Origin: Nibricoccus sp.
Lineage (GTDB): Bacteria; Verrucomicrobiota; Verrucomicrobiia; Opitutales; Opitutaceae
DNA length: 64,000 nucleotides
NCBI GenBank assembly: GCA_047602425.1
Contig: JASGHG010000001.1
Location: forward strand, 3,264,001-3,328,000
Direction of reading: 5' to 3'
Below the pieces are notes generated by a model. It was not told the DNA's origin, searched no databases, and saw nothing but the letters and a program-made list of their open reading frames with translations. Below, piece after piece: positions 21,134 through 30,639 of this stretch; positions within the stretch are counted from its first letter, which is position 1; the number at the start of each line of letters is the position of its first letter. The translations under genes and the position numbers were made by a program.

Positions 21134-21390
21134 ATGCAGCACCTCCGTTCGTCGTCGCAGGATATCGTGCAGTGGGCACACGACGTTCTGAACTAGCCGC
21201 GCTATGTCCAGCGTTCGATACCGATCCTCATGCAATCGATACTGAACATCCTGCACTCGCCGCAGGACGTTCTGCGGCGGCTGCAGGATCTCCTGCAATA
21301 AGAACACTTCGTCCTGCAGTCGTCGCACGATGTTGTGTTCTCATTGCCGAACGTGCTGCAACGAGTCAGGACGTCCTGCAACGATTGCAA
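21134..21390. repeat. Degenerate tandem array of about 12 x 21-bp units with palindromic core TGCAGGACGTCCTGCA
   Basis: Units align at a 21-nt period from 21134 (e.g. CCGCAGGACGTTCTGCGGCGG, CTGCAGGATCTCCTGCAATAA); one unit is 20 nt. Confidence 0.75.
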
Positions 21391-21440
21391 CAGGCTGGCG
21401 AGCTTGGTGAATCCTACTGAATCGAAACCAAGGCGATGTC

Positions 21441-23123
21441 TTAGAACGCCTGTTTATAGCCGAAGACTAGAATGGCGACGGTGGCGGCGAGACAGGCGAT
21501 GGTGGCGATTTTCGCCCCGCGAGCATTGCGACGGTAAGGATTGTTGGGTTCGCCCGGCACTTGGACGTAGGCGAGGCTGGCGTGCTTGAATGTGAGCACA
21601 GTCAGGAAAATTTTCAGTGCGGCGCTTGCGATCAGGAAATAGAATTGGACCTGTCCGGCGCCTTCGGCCTTGCCCTGCAATGATCCAAGAATTTTTGAAT
21701 CGATTACAAAAATAACCAAGAGGCTCAGCATGGCGTAAATCGAAGCGCGTCCTGCGATACGCTGTGCATTTTGTTGTTGTGGATCGAGCCGTGCGGGATC
21801 GTCGGCGGTGATGGTGCAACCGTTTTCGTCAATATGATCGTCGGTGCCACGAGGGAAAGGTGCGCGCCAAGCTGCAATGACGGACGGCACCGAGGCGAAC
21901 ATCACGATGATGAAAAACCAGGAGAAACTGGCGTGTTCCGCCAACGGTCCGGAAATCATCGCGGTGGGCACCAGCATGAGATTCATCAGCGAAGTGGCGA
22001 AGGCGTAATGAGTCATTGAACAGCGACCAGGCGCGAGCTGTTGCATCATGTAGATCATATTGCCAACCATGCCGAAGCCATAACCGAACTTTTCAATAGA
22101 GACCATCGTGGCGATTGTCGCATAAGGCAGGCCATGTCCCGCGGCGGCATAATGACTGAGATAGACGAAAGTAAAATGGGGAACGTTGAGCGCGAGGCCG
22201 AGAATCCAAAGTGAACGTTTGAGGTTGAGCTTGCTGGCGAACCAGCCACCGATGAGTCCACCGACTATACTTGCAATGGTGCCGTAGATGGCGTCGATCT
22301 GGCTGGCCTGTCCAGCGCTGAGGCCGAGACCGCCGTTGTCGATGGAGCCTTGGAGAAAGAGCTGGCCTTCCATGAGAATCAGGCCTTCGCCGAAGCGGTA
22401 GAAAAACACAAAAGCGATCATTCCCCAGAATTCGCGCTTGTGGAAGAAGGTGGCTGCGCTGTGGCCAAATTCACGCCCAACTTGGGCCAATCCGCCCTCG
22501 GGTTTCTGTCCTGAACCACCAGACGGAAGGAAAAAATGATGGTAAAACGCTAGGGCGCCCATGGTGACGCCGCAGGTGAGCATGATATATTGCCAGAGGC
22601 GTTGTTCACTCCAGCCATGCGAGACCTTCATGCTATCGAGCACCGAGATGAGCAACCCGGTGGCGAGGACTTTGCCTAGAACCCAGAAGGCGCCTTGCAG
22701 ACCGGCGAAACGCGCTTGGGCAGGTTTGTCGAGTCCGTTGAGATATACACCGTCGGCGCAAATATCTTGGGTTGAGGAGGCAAAGGCGGCAACCCAGAGC
22801 AACGCGATACTCGTGCCAAAGAATCCCGGTCCCGTGATGGAAAGTGAGATGGCGGCGAAGAGCAGGCCGCAAAGCCATTCCATGGAGAGAACGAAGAATT
22901 TCTTCGTTTTATACATGTCGAGGAACGCCGCCCAGAAAGGCTTCGCCGACCAAGCCAAGCCGATGAAACCGACCGAAGTGGTGATCATGCCGTCGGAGTA
23001 CCCGAGCGATTTGTACATACGCACGGCGGTGCCGTTGATCACATTGTATGGAATGCCCATCGCGAGATAAAGCGTGGGGACCCAGAAGAGGGCGTGGTGA
23101 TAAAATTTCTTGGTTTCTGTCAT
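21441..23123 (-). CDS. AmpG-like MFS transporter with C-terminal extension
   Basis: WVPTLYLAMGIPY, WSAKPFWA, SSTQDICADGVY and EKFGYGFG; about 12 TM core plus extra hydrophobic helices. Confidence 0.85.
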   Translation of the reverse strand: MTETKKFYHHALFWVPTLYLAMGIPYNVINGTAVRMYKSLGYSDGMITTSVGFIGLAWSAKPFWAAFLDMYKTKKFFVLSMEWLCGLLFAAISLSITGPGFFGTSIALLWVAAFASSTQDICADGVYLNGLDKPAQARFAGLQGAFWVLGKVLATGLLISVLDSMKVSHGWSEQRLWQYIMLTCGVTMGALAFYHHFFLPSGGSGQKPEGGLAQVGREFGHSAATFFHKREFWGMIAFVFFYRFGEGLILMEGQLFLQGSIDNGGLGLSAGQASQIDAIYGTIASIVGGLIGGWFASKLNLKRSLWILGLALNVPHFTFVYLSHYAAAGHGLPYATIATMVSIEKFGYGFGMVGNMIYMMQQLAPGRCSMTHYAFATSLMNLMLVPTAMISGPLAEHASFSWFFIIVMFASVPSVIAAWRAPFPRGTDDHIDENGCTITADDPARLDPQQQNAQRIAGRASIYAMLSLLVIFVIDSKILGSLQGKAEGAGQVQFYFLIASAALKIFLTVLTFKHASLAYVQVPGEPNNPYRRNARGAKIATIACLAATVAILVFGYKQAF

Positions 23124-23160
23124 GGGAGGAGCTGGTGAAGGGAAAGGGGAGACGCGCTGT

Positions 23161-24504
23161 TCATAAAAGACGGTTCTCGGACATCACGCGGGCGTACCAA
23201 TGGGCGCTGAGCTTGGGCGTGCGTTTTTGCGTGGAGAAATCGACGTAAACGGTGCCGAACCTTCGCTCGTAACCTTCCTCCCACTCGAAGTTGTCGAGGA
23301 AGGACCAGAGGAAGTAGCCCTTGATCGGTGCGCCCAGGGCGATGGCGCCATGTAGTTCTCGTAAATGGTTGCGGAGGTATTCGCGCCGATGCAGGTCAAT
23401 GACTTCGTCGTTGACGGGCGGCGGGTCGTTGTAGCCCGTTCCATTTTCGGTGATATAGATCGCCTTGGTCTTGTAGAGTTCGCTGACGAAACGGGGAGCC
23501 CAGTGAATGGCTTGGGGGATGTTGTAGATCCAGGGGCTGTCGGCGCGCGGGTAACTGATGGGGAAAGGCAGCCGTTCTGGTTTTCCATGCTTGCCGGCGC
23601 GAACGAAGCAGCCGGTGTGGACGTTGAGGCCAAGAAAATCGGTGGGCAGGCTGATGAGGGCGAAATCGTGTTTCTCGAAACGAGGCGCTGCGGTGCCGGC
23701 ATCGCGCAAGTAGGAGAGCGCGTAACGACCCTGGTAGATTGGATCGAGCACGCGAATATTGTCGGCGACGAAGGCTTTTTTTGCAGCGGCGATGTCGCGT
23801 TCGGTTTCGGTGATCGGGACGGAAATGGTTGGATTGTCGGCGAGCCCTACGATGGATCCGCGGCGGCCGTGTTCGCGAACAGCACGCACGCCATGTCCGT
23901 GAGCAAGCAGAGCATGGTGAAAAGTCTGGTTTACCACGCGCTCGGATTCACTAACGCCCGGGGCTTTGTTTCCCACACCATAACCATAGGAGGTGAAACA
24001 AACGATTTCGTTGAGCGTGATCCAGTTTTTCACGCGATCGCCGAAGGTTTTCACGATCAGATCGGCATACGCGGCGAAGGCGTCGGTGGTTTTCCGCACA
24101 CGCCATCCGCCTTCGTCCTCAAGCGCCTGGGGCAGATCCCAGTGAAACATGGTAACCCAGGGCGTTATCCCCTGGGTGAGCATGGCATCAAAGAGTTGGT
24201 TATAAAAATCGAGGCCGGCGGGATTGATCTTGCCGCGTCCATCGGGCAGCAACCTGGGCCAGGCGAGCGACAGGCGGTAGTTTTTAACGCCGAGTTTTGC
24301 CATGAGGGCAAAGTCGTCGCGGAAGCGATGGTAATGATCGCACGCAATGTCGAGGTGATCGCTGTTGCGGATTTTTCCCGGCAGGCGTGCGAAGGTGTCC
24401 CAGATCGATGCCCCCTTGCCGTCCGTGAAGGAAGCTCCCTCGATTTGCGGTGCAGCCATGGCTACGCCCCAGACGAATTTTTTGGGGAAAACGAGGGAGC
24501 GCAT
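23161..24504 (-). CDS. Glycoside hydrolase family 1 (beta-glucosidase-like)
   Basis: FPKKFVWG, QIEG, ACDHYHRF, TLNE (acid/base), YITENG (nucleophile) and WSFLDNFEW; start reassigned to ATG 24504. Confidence 0.95.
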   Translation of the reverse strand: MRSLVFPKKFVWGVAMAAPQIEGASFTDGKGASIWDTFARLPGKIRNSDHLDIACDHYHRFRDDFALMAKLGVKNYRLSLAWPRLLPDGRGKINPAGLDFYNQLFDAMLTQGITPWVTMFHWDLPQALEDEGGWRVRKTTDAFAAYADLIVKTFGDRVKNWITLNEIVCFTSYGYGVGNKAPGVSESERVVNQTFHHALLAHGHGVRAVREHGRRGSIVGLADNPTISVPITETERDIAAAKKAFVADNIRVLDPIYQGRYALSYLRDAGTAAPRFEKHDFALISLPTDFLGLNVHTGCFVRAGKHGKPERLPFPISYPRADSPWIYNIPQAIHWAPRFVSELYKTKAIYITENGTGYNDPPPVNDEVIDLHRREYLRNHLRELHGAIALGAPIKGYFLWSFLDNFEWEEGYERRFGTVYVDFSTQKRTPKLSAHWYARVMSENRLL

Positions 24505-24645
24505 GGCGGAGGGGTGAGAGGCGAAGGGCTGTATCCAATTGTTCGATGCAGACCGGCGAGGCGGAAATACGCCGGTTTTCACGGCGTAACGACTGGATGC
24601 AAGGTCACGTTCGCGGGCGCATCGCACGCGGGCAACGGCCGCTGG

Positions 24646-24661
24646 ACGCTGACGTTAGAGT
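24646..24661. promoter_or_regulatory. Putative LacI-family operator, copy 3
   Basis: ACGCTGACGTTAGAGT upstream of GH1-MFS, overlapping the LacI stop codon. Confidence 0.6.
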
Positions 24662-25782
24662 GAAACGCCCTGCACGCGGGTGCGACGCACCGTTTTTTTC
24701 GGCACCGTGGCCCCATCGCGCCAATACCCCGGAACATAGGTTCCCGAAGGATTTTTAGGCGCGCCGCGTTGGTAGGTCTTAACAAGGACCTCGAGATGTT
24801 CCATCGCGCGCATGCCGACAAGCTTGTGATTTTGCACGATGCCGGCGACGTGCGGACGGTCGGTCGGAGCATCGAGCGAGGCAAAGGCGACGTCGCGCGG
24901 AATATGGAGGGGCGGATTGGTTGGAAAACGGATGCCCTCGGCCGTATGCCAGGAGGCTTCGCGAAAAAATTCGTTCCAATTTGTCATGATGACGTCGACG
25001 TCGTTTTCCCGGACCCAGGAAGCGAGGCGCGCGGCGATTTCGGCGACACTGGTGCGTTTAAACAGGAGAGGCGCAACGCATTCGGCGGCGGGCAACTCGG
25101 CCTGTTCCACGAGGACGCCCGTGCTAAAATTGTCGAGCAGTCGCGACTCGTCGTCGAGCGCCGTGGCGAGTCCGATGCGGCGGTAACCCAGTTGACGGAG
25201 CTTGCGCATGCAAAGACGTGCGGCCTGACACTGGTCGTTGGAAACGACGTCCATCTGTGGCAGCAGATGGTGCGACTCGATTTTCACCGTGCTGAAATTC
25301 TGCCAGTCGAGTTCGATGTCCTTTGTGGCGAGCGTGAAAGTGGAGAGCAGGACGCCGGTGATGCCACGGGAGGTGAGAATCGTGTTGAGGCGGTTTGGCG
25401 TGAGCCCGTTGGTGCCAAGATTAAATACCTCAAGCGACAGATGCTGTGGATCCGCGACGGCGCGAATACCCTCGTACACAAGTGGATGGTATGAAGAGCC
25501 GTTAAAGTACGGTGCGGAATTTGCATCGGCAACGAACGCGATCGACGCGACCTGTTTGGCGGCGTGCTTGCAGCAACGATGGTAGTTGAAGGCGTCTAGG
25601 AGCGGATCGCGGATGTATCCAATTTCCCTTACAGCATCGAGGATGCGCGTCCGTGTGGCCAGGGGAATGCTCGGATGGGAGCGGAGCGCGAGAGAAACCG
25701 TCGTCGGATGCACCCCGACGGCGACCGCGACATCATTCATCGTCGGATATTTCTTCAAGCCACTGGTGGGTCGACGGGTCAT
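24655..25782 (-). CDS. LacI-family transcriptional regulator
   Basis: HTH PTMNDVAVAVGVHPTTVSLALR; sugar-binding domain with LGYRRIG. Confidence 0.92.
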   Translation of the reverse strand: MTRRPTSGLKKYPTMNDVAVAVGVHPTTVSLALRSHPSIPLATRTRILDAVREIGYIRDPLLDAFNYHRCCKHAAKQVASIAFVADANSAPYFNGSSYHPLVYEGIRAVADPQHLSLEVFNLGTNGLTPNRLNTILTSRGITGVLLSTFTLATKDIELDWQNFSTVKIESHHLLPQMDVVSNDQCQAARLCMRKLRQLGYRRIGLATALDDESRLLDNFSTGVLVEQAELPAAECVAPLLFKRTSVAEIAARLASWVRENDVDVIMTNWNEFFREASWHTAEGIRFPTNPPLHIPRDVAFASLDAPTDRPHVAGIVQNHKLVGMRAMEHLEVLVKTYQRGAPKNPSGTYVPGYWRDGATVPKKTVRRTRVQGVSL

Positions 25783-26837
25783 GAGGCGAGGGCAAGCTTC
25801 TTGAAGGGCGCGGATGCACCGTCCTGCCAGCGGCTGCGAACATAGGTACTGGAGGCGAATTCGGCGACGCCGCGGGTGCCTTGTTTCAACTGGCTGGTTA
25901 GCAGCGATACTGCTTTGACGCCGACCATGTGGAGATTGGGGTACACACCGGCGAGCGCGGGGTTTTCATCGAGCAGACAGATACAGGCGCAGGCAATGTC
26001 CCTCGGCACGCGAAGGCCGGCGCGCTCTAGAAGGAGGTCAATGCTGGTCCAATTGCAGAGCACTGCGTCGATCCGATTTTTCCGAACCCATTGGCCGACG
26101 AGCCGGACGACTTCCTCGAAGGGGCTTTGGTGTGGAAACAATAGTTCTGGAATGTGATCGCCCGGCGGAATGGACGCGCGCTCGATGAGATAACCGGCGG
26201 TATGGCGGAATTGCGTGCTTTCCTCGTCAGCCCGGCCGACGGCCAGACCAATGCGTCGATAACCGCGGGCATACATTTCGCGAAAGGCGATGCGCACATC
26301 TTGTCGTTGATCGTTGGATACGCTGGTGGTGTGCGGCTCCATGTGGAGCGAATTGATTTTCACCACGGCATAGTCGTTCCAGTCGAGTTTGAGTTCAGCC
26401 AGGCCGGGTTCGAAACCGGCGATGATGATGCCCGTGATATTTTGGCCCTTCAAATAACGCGCCAGCGTCTTCGAATCGTGATGACCCTTGCTGACGGAAA
26501 TAAGTTCCAACTCGTAACCGAGCATCTCGGCCTGTTCCTTGGCGCCATTCCAGAAGGCCTGCTCGTGGCGAAACTGCTCGATCGGATGATTGATCAGATA
26601 TGCGACGCGTGGCGGGGTGGCCCGGACCCGGCCATGGACGCGGAAATGGGTGAGCGCGCTGAAAACGGGATTGGGCGAATAGCCGATGTTTCTGGCGATT
26701 AGTTCGATACGTTCGCGGGTGGTAAGCGGGATGCTCGGGTGATGGCGCAGGGCCAGTGAAACCGTGGTGAAATGCACACCGGCGGTGCGGGCCACGTCTT
26801 TAATCGTCACACGAGGTTGTCGTTCGGCGATGGGCAT
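25779..26837 (-). CDS. LacI-family transcriptional regulator
   Basis: HTH VTIKDVARTAGVHFTTVSLALR and RGYRRIG; start reassigned to ATG 26837. Confidence 0.92.
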   Translation of the reverse strand: MPIAERQPRVTIKDVARTAGVHFTTVSLALRHHPSIPLTTRERIELIARNIGYSPNPVFSALTHFRVHGRVRATPPRVAYLINHPIEQFRHEQAFWNGAKEQAEMLGYELELISVSKGHHDSKTLARYLKGQNITGIIIAGFEPGLAELKLDWNDYAVVKINSLHMEPHTTSVSNDQRQDVRIAFREMYARGYRRIGLAVGRADEESTQFRHTAGYLIERASIPPGDHIPELLFPHQSPFEEVVRLVGQWVRKNRIDAVLCNWTSIDLLLERAGLRVPRDIACACICLLDENPALAGVYPNLHMVGVKAVSLLTSQLKQGTRGVAEFASSTYVRSRWQDGASAPFKKLALAS

Positions 26838-26936
26838 CGGGGGAGGGGCGAAAGTTAAAAGTGATGCTCGCGGCAGCCGGAATTCGCGTGCAGCAGGCAA
26901 CGTGCACGGCTTTGTTGCGGAAACAAACCGCTTGGG

Positions 26937-26952
26937 ACTCTTACGTTAGAGT
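26937..26952. promoter_or_regulatory. Putative LacI-family operator, copy 4 (autoregulatory position)
   Basis: ACTCTTACGTTAGAGT, 100 bp upstream of the LacI pair. Confidence 0.65.
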
Positions 26953-27112
26953 AAATTGCTGTCAACCTGCCTGCGGATCGGCGTTCCTTGCGAGCGGTGA
27001 ACCAGGTTGGTCATCCGCGACTTACGCTCGCCGTCCCTGCTTTTTTGGACGCGTTCGTTCTGGCGTTTGCGCCGGCCCGGCATTTTATCGAGTCAACCTT
27101 TTGGAGGACTCC

Positions 27113-28765
27113 ATGCTTTTAAAAACACTTCAACGTCGAGCCTTTGCCCTGTGCCTTCTCACCGCGTTTTTGCCGGCCCTTTGCCGCGCGGCGGACGAAC
27201 CTGCGGTTTCCAAAACGATTGCCACGGCCAAAGCCGATGCGGTCCCAGCCATTGCGGCTGACGATGTTCAGAAAAATTTGGTGGAAAATTCCGTCGTCAA
27301 AATTTTTTCCCAAGTGCGCCGTCCTGAATTGACCAAACCTTGGACGAAGCAATCCGCCCAAGAGGCAACGGGCAGCGGCATTGTCATCGAGGGCAAGCGC
27401 ATCCTAACCAATGCCCATGTTGTGCTCTATTCGAGCCAGATTCAGGTCCAGGCCAACCAAGCCGGCGACAAAATTTCCGCCACGCTCGAGGCAATTGCGC
27501 CCGGCATCGATCTCGCAGTCTTGAAGCTGGAGGACGAAAGCTTTTTCGATACGCATCCGCCGCTGCCCCGGGCGGCCACGTTGCCGGAAATCAAGGACTC
27601 GGTGCTGGTCTACGGCTTTCCCACGGGAGGCACGAGCCTTTCGATCACAAAAGGCATTGTTTCGCGAATAGAATTTGCCCGCTACAATTTTCCTGTAGGG
27701 GGACTTCGGATACAGATCGATGCGGCCATCAATCCTGGCAACAGCGGAGGACCGGCTCTCGTAGGCGACAAGGTCATCGGCCTCGCGTTCAGTCATCTGA
27801 GCAATGCGCAAAACATCGGCTACATCATCCCTTGCGAGGAGATCGAACTCTTTCTTCAGGACGTGGAGGATGGTCGTTACGACGGGAAGCCCGCGCTCTA
27901 CGACGAACGCCAGACGCTGGAAAATCCCGCGTTGCGCAAATTCCTGCATCTGGAAAAAGCGGTGGAGGGCGCGGTTATTCGCCGACCCTTCAGTACGGAG
28001 CCGAACTATCCACTGAAGCAATGGGACGTCGTCTCCAAGATTGGGGAAACGAAGGTGGACAACGAGGGCATGGTGAAACTGGGGCGCAATTTGCGCGTGC
28101 ATTTCACGTACCTGGTGCAGAAGGAAGCCCGAAACGGCACTGTTTCGCTTTCGCTCGTGCGCGATGGCAAGGAACTTAAGGTCGAGGCGCCCGTACGGTT
28201 GGAAAATGAGCAACTCATTCCTTACCTTCGGGGCGCGTATCCGCCATATTTCATTTACGGTCCGGCGGTTTTTTCGATCGCGACGGAGGATTTACTCCAA
28301 GGGATTAGTTCGAATAATTCGATGGGCAATTACCTGAGCATGATCGGCAGCCCCTTGGTGACACGACGTTCCGAAAAACCGTCGTTTCCCGGTGAACAAT
28401 TGGTTGTGATTGCGGCGCCATTTTTCCCGCACAAATTGGTGAAAGGCTATGGCAGTCTGCAGATGGGCGTGGTGCAGTCGATCAATGGCGTGACAATTAA
28501 AAACCTCGCGCATCTGGTCGAGGTGCTCCGCGACTGCCGGGACGAATTCATTGTGATTGAAGTCGCCGGCCGTAGTAACGAGTCGGTGGTTTTGCCTCGC
28601 GCCGAGACCATGGCGGCAACCGAGGAAATCCTGACTGACAACGGCGTACGCGCACAGGGTTCGCCTGACGTCTTGAAAGTCTGGGAAGCGAAGCCGCCTG
28701 CGGCTGCGATGGCTGCCGAAACGAAACCAGCCGCCAAATCGGGTGACACGCCCGCTAAAAAATAA
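27113..28765 (+). CDS. HtrA/Deg-family serine protease with PDZ domains
   Basis: GGAGG RBS before ATG 27113; signal peptide; triad motifs LTNAHVV, DLAVL and DAAINPGNSGGP. Confidence 0.92.
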   Translation: MLLKTLQRRAFALCLLTAFLPALCRAADEPAVSKTIATAKADAVPAIAADDVQKNLVENSVVKIFSQVRRPELTKPWTKQSAQEATGSGIVIEGKRILTNAHVVLYSSQIQVQANQAGDKISATLEAIAPGIDLAVLKLEDESFFDTHPPLPRAATLPEIKDSVLVYGFPTGGTSLSITKGIVSRIEFARYNFPVGGLRIQIDAAINPGNSGGPALVGDKVIGLAFSHLSNAQNIGYIIPCEEIELFLQDVEDGRYDGKPALYDERQTLENPALRKFLHLEKAVEGAVIRRPFSTEPNYPLKQWDVVSKIGETKVDNEGMVKLGRNLRVHFTYLVQKEARNGTVSLSLVRDGKELKVEAPVRLENEQLIPYLRGAYPPYFIYGPAVFSIATEDLLQGISSNNSMGNYLSMIGSPLVTRRSEKPSFPGEQLVVIAAPFFPHKLVKGYGSLQMGVVQSINGVTIKNLAHLVEVLRDCRDEFIVIEVAGRSNESVVLPRAETMAATEEILTDNGVRAQGSPDVLKVWEAKPPAAAMAAETKPAAKSGDTPAKK

Positions 28766-28810
28766 GACGCTGCTGTCTTTGGAAACGCGCCCTGGTTCTC
28801 TTTTCGAAGG

Positions 28811-29782
28811 CTAGGGCGTCTTTTCGGTGAGCATGTAAGTCCAAACTTTTTCCCAGCGGGAGGCATTGGCCGAGGAGATCGCCGCATTGTGCGCCTGTTT
28901 GGTGCCCTTGCCGTTCGGTCCATCGATTGTGACGGCGGGAAAAGTCGTCATCAGGATATGGGAATTTTGAAAAGGCGGCTTCGCGGAAGCCACGTCGACA
29001 AGAGGACCGGTGAGCCCGAGCGCCCGCAGATTTGCGATGAGTTGGGCGGGTGTGCAGGCTTTTGGATCCTGAGTATGGTTAAACGCGAAGAAGCACCCCT
29101 TGGGCGTGGCGGACTCGAGCGAATACCAGGCGGCGGGGGCGTCGTGTTTTTTGCTATAATCCTTCGGGGCTCCAGTGCAGATCACGCGGGCAACGCGATG
29201 TTTAATGCCGATGAGAGCGGCGTGCCCGCCGCCTTGAGACTGGCCGGAGACAGCGATGGCGGACCATTTGACGGTATTGTCGGAATTGAGAAACTGCCCC
29301 CAGTTTTCCTTCGGCTTTTTGTCGCGAAGATGGATGAGCAATTTTGCCAGACGGTTTTCAATGCAGTCGGCTTTAGCGATGGTGATATGTTTGGTTTGAC
29401 CGCCGGCGATGACGGCCATGCGAAATTCTTCGAAAGCCTTGGGATTGGGATCACCGGCGCAGATCGACGCGGCGATATCGTTCGGATATGCCAGGTTGAT
29501 CACGTGATCACCGAGTTCCGCGGCGAGTTCACAAAAGGCTTTTGCGCCTTCTGCGGTGCCATCGGTGCCCGAGAGAAAAACGAGCAACTCGTGCCGGTCA
29601 TTTGCCGCCTTGGTAGCATTTTCGACGACAATCGTGGGGTCGACGTAGATGACATGAGGGGAATTGAATGCCGAACCGATCTCTGCATCCGTGGTTTTCG
29701 GGATGACTTCGTAGGAACTGACACTCGCCGACAAACTGTTTGTGTAATAACAAATGGATAGGATCGCAAAGAAGAATCTCAT
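28811..29782 (-). CDS. Secreted alpha/beta-hydrolase-fold protein
   Basis: Signal peptide; SGQSQGGGHAA nucleophile motif; substrate unknown. Confidence 0.7.
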   Translation of the reverse strand: MRFFFAILSICYYTNSLSASVSSYEVIPKTTDAEIGSAFNSPHVIYVDPTIVVENATKAANDRHELLVFLSGTDGTAEGAKAFCELAAELGDHVINLAYPNDIAASICAGDPNPKAFEEFRMAVIAGGQTKHITIAKADCIENRLAKLLIHLRDKKPKENWGQFLNSDNTVKWSAIAVSGQSQGGGHAALIGIKHRVARVICTGAPKDYSKKHDAPAAWYSLESATPKGCFFAFNHTQDPKACTPAQLIANLRALGLTGPLVDVASAKPPFQNSHILMTTFPAVTIDGPNGKGTKQAHNAAISSANASRWEKVWTYMLTEKTP

Positions 29783-29880
29783 GCAGACCTGATTTGGCAC
29801 GAAGGACTCGCGGCAGCAATCCTGTTCACGGAAACAAAGATTGCGACAAACGGCGGCAAGTGTCCGACGCGGCCGTGGAA

Positions 29881-30531
29881 TCAGAATTTTCGTGAAAGGC
29901 CGAAGCTGGGTCCGAGGGCGTTGAGCCCGGGGTTTACTTTGTCCAAGCCGCGATTGGAGACGTGTTGGAAATAGAGACCGGCAGACCAGCGCCAGTTATT
30001 GCGCATGCGGACGCGCAGCCCGGCGTGGAGCAGCCAGTTTAAGTTGAAGTCCTGACCTTGCGCTCCTTCGACCTCGTAACCTCGGCTGTTCATCCACCCA
30101 AAGCCTCCGCCGCCAGCGAAGAATAACGCGAAATCTCCCGAGGCATTTCGCCATTCCAGATCGCCGGCCGCGGCTGTGCCGATGAAACGCGTTTCCGGGC
30201 CATTGATAATTGGCTCCAGCAATAAACTAAGTCGTGCGCGCATGATCAATGTGCCACCGGCAAAAGAACGTTGAGAACTTGGCGGGCACAGTACCGAAAC
30301 GATTTGAGGGGTAAGCGTGTAGGTTAGCGGAGTGGCGCCACCGCCGACGCCCCAGAGCACACTCGTCGTATAATCGACCGCCCAGCGATCGGAAATGGAA
30401 ACAGGTTTTGTTTCAAAAGCCGCCGAACACGGAACTGTCATCACAGTTAGTAAAAACAGATAAACACCGACAAAAAAAGAAACCGAAATTGACCGATTAG
30501 TTGTGTGGCGGGTTTCGGGAAGAGTGGGCAC
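29881..30531 (-). CDS. PagL-like outer-membrane acyloxyacyl hydrolase (lipid A deacylase family)
   Basis: Beta-strand alternation; GQDFNLNW; QHVSNRGLDKVNPGLN (His-x-Ser-Asn); C-terminal Phe. Confidence 0.8.
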   Translation of the reverse strand: MPTLPETRHTTNRSISVSFFVGVYLFLLTVMTVPCSAAFETKPVSISDRWAVDYTTSVLWGVGGGATPLTYTLTPQIVSVLCPPSSQRSFAGGTLIMRARLSLLLEPIINGPETRFIGTAAAGDLEWRNASGDFALFFAGGGGFGWMNSRGYEVEGAQGQDFNLNWLLHAGLRVRMRNNWRWSAGLYFQHVSNRGLDKVNPGLNALGPSFGLSRKF

Positions 30532-30639
30532 GCTTTAATCCATACACTGATTTCGATTTCTAACAAATCCTTCCCGACGATGATTGGTCACGTGAAGTAG
30601 GCGCGATTCGTCTCGGTCTGCATTGAGTAGGCGGAGCGT

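Noticed and set aside
21134..21390. CRISPR array
   Set aside because: Units are contiguous and degenerate, with no constant repeat plus unique spacer structure and no cas genes.
23365..24663. 432-aa plus-strand ORF
   Set aside because: Antisense shadow of the GH1 gene.
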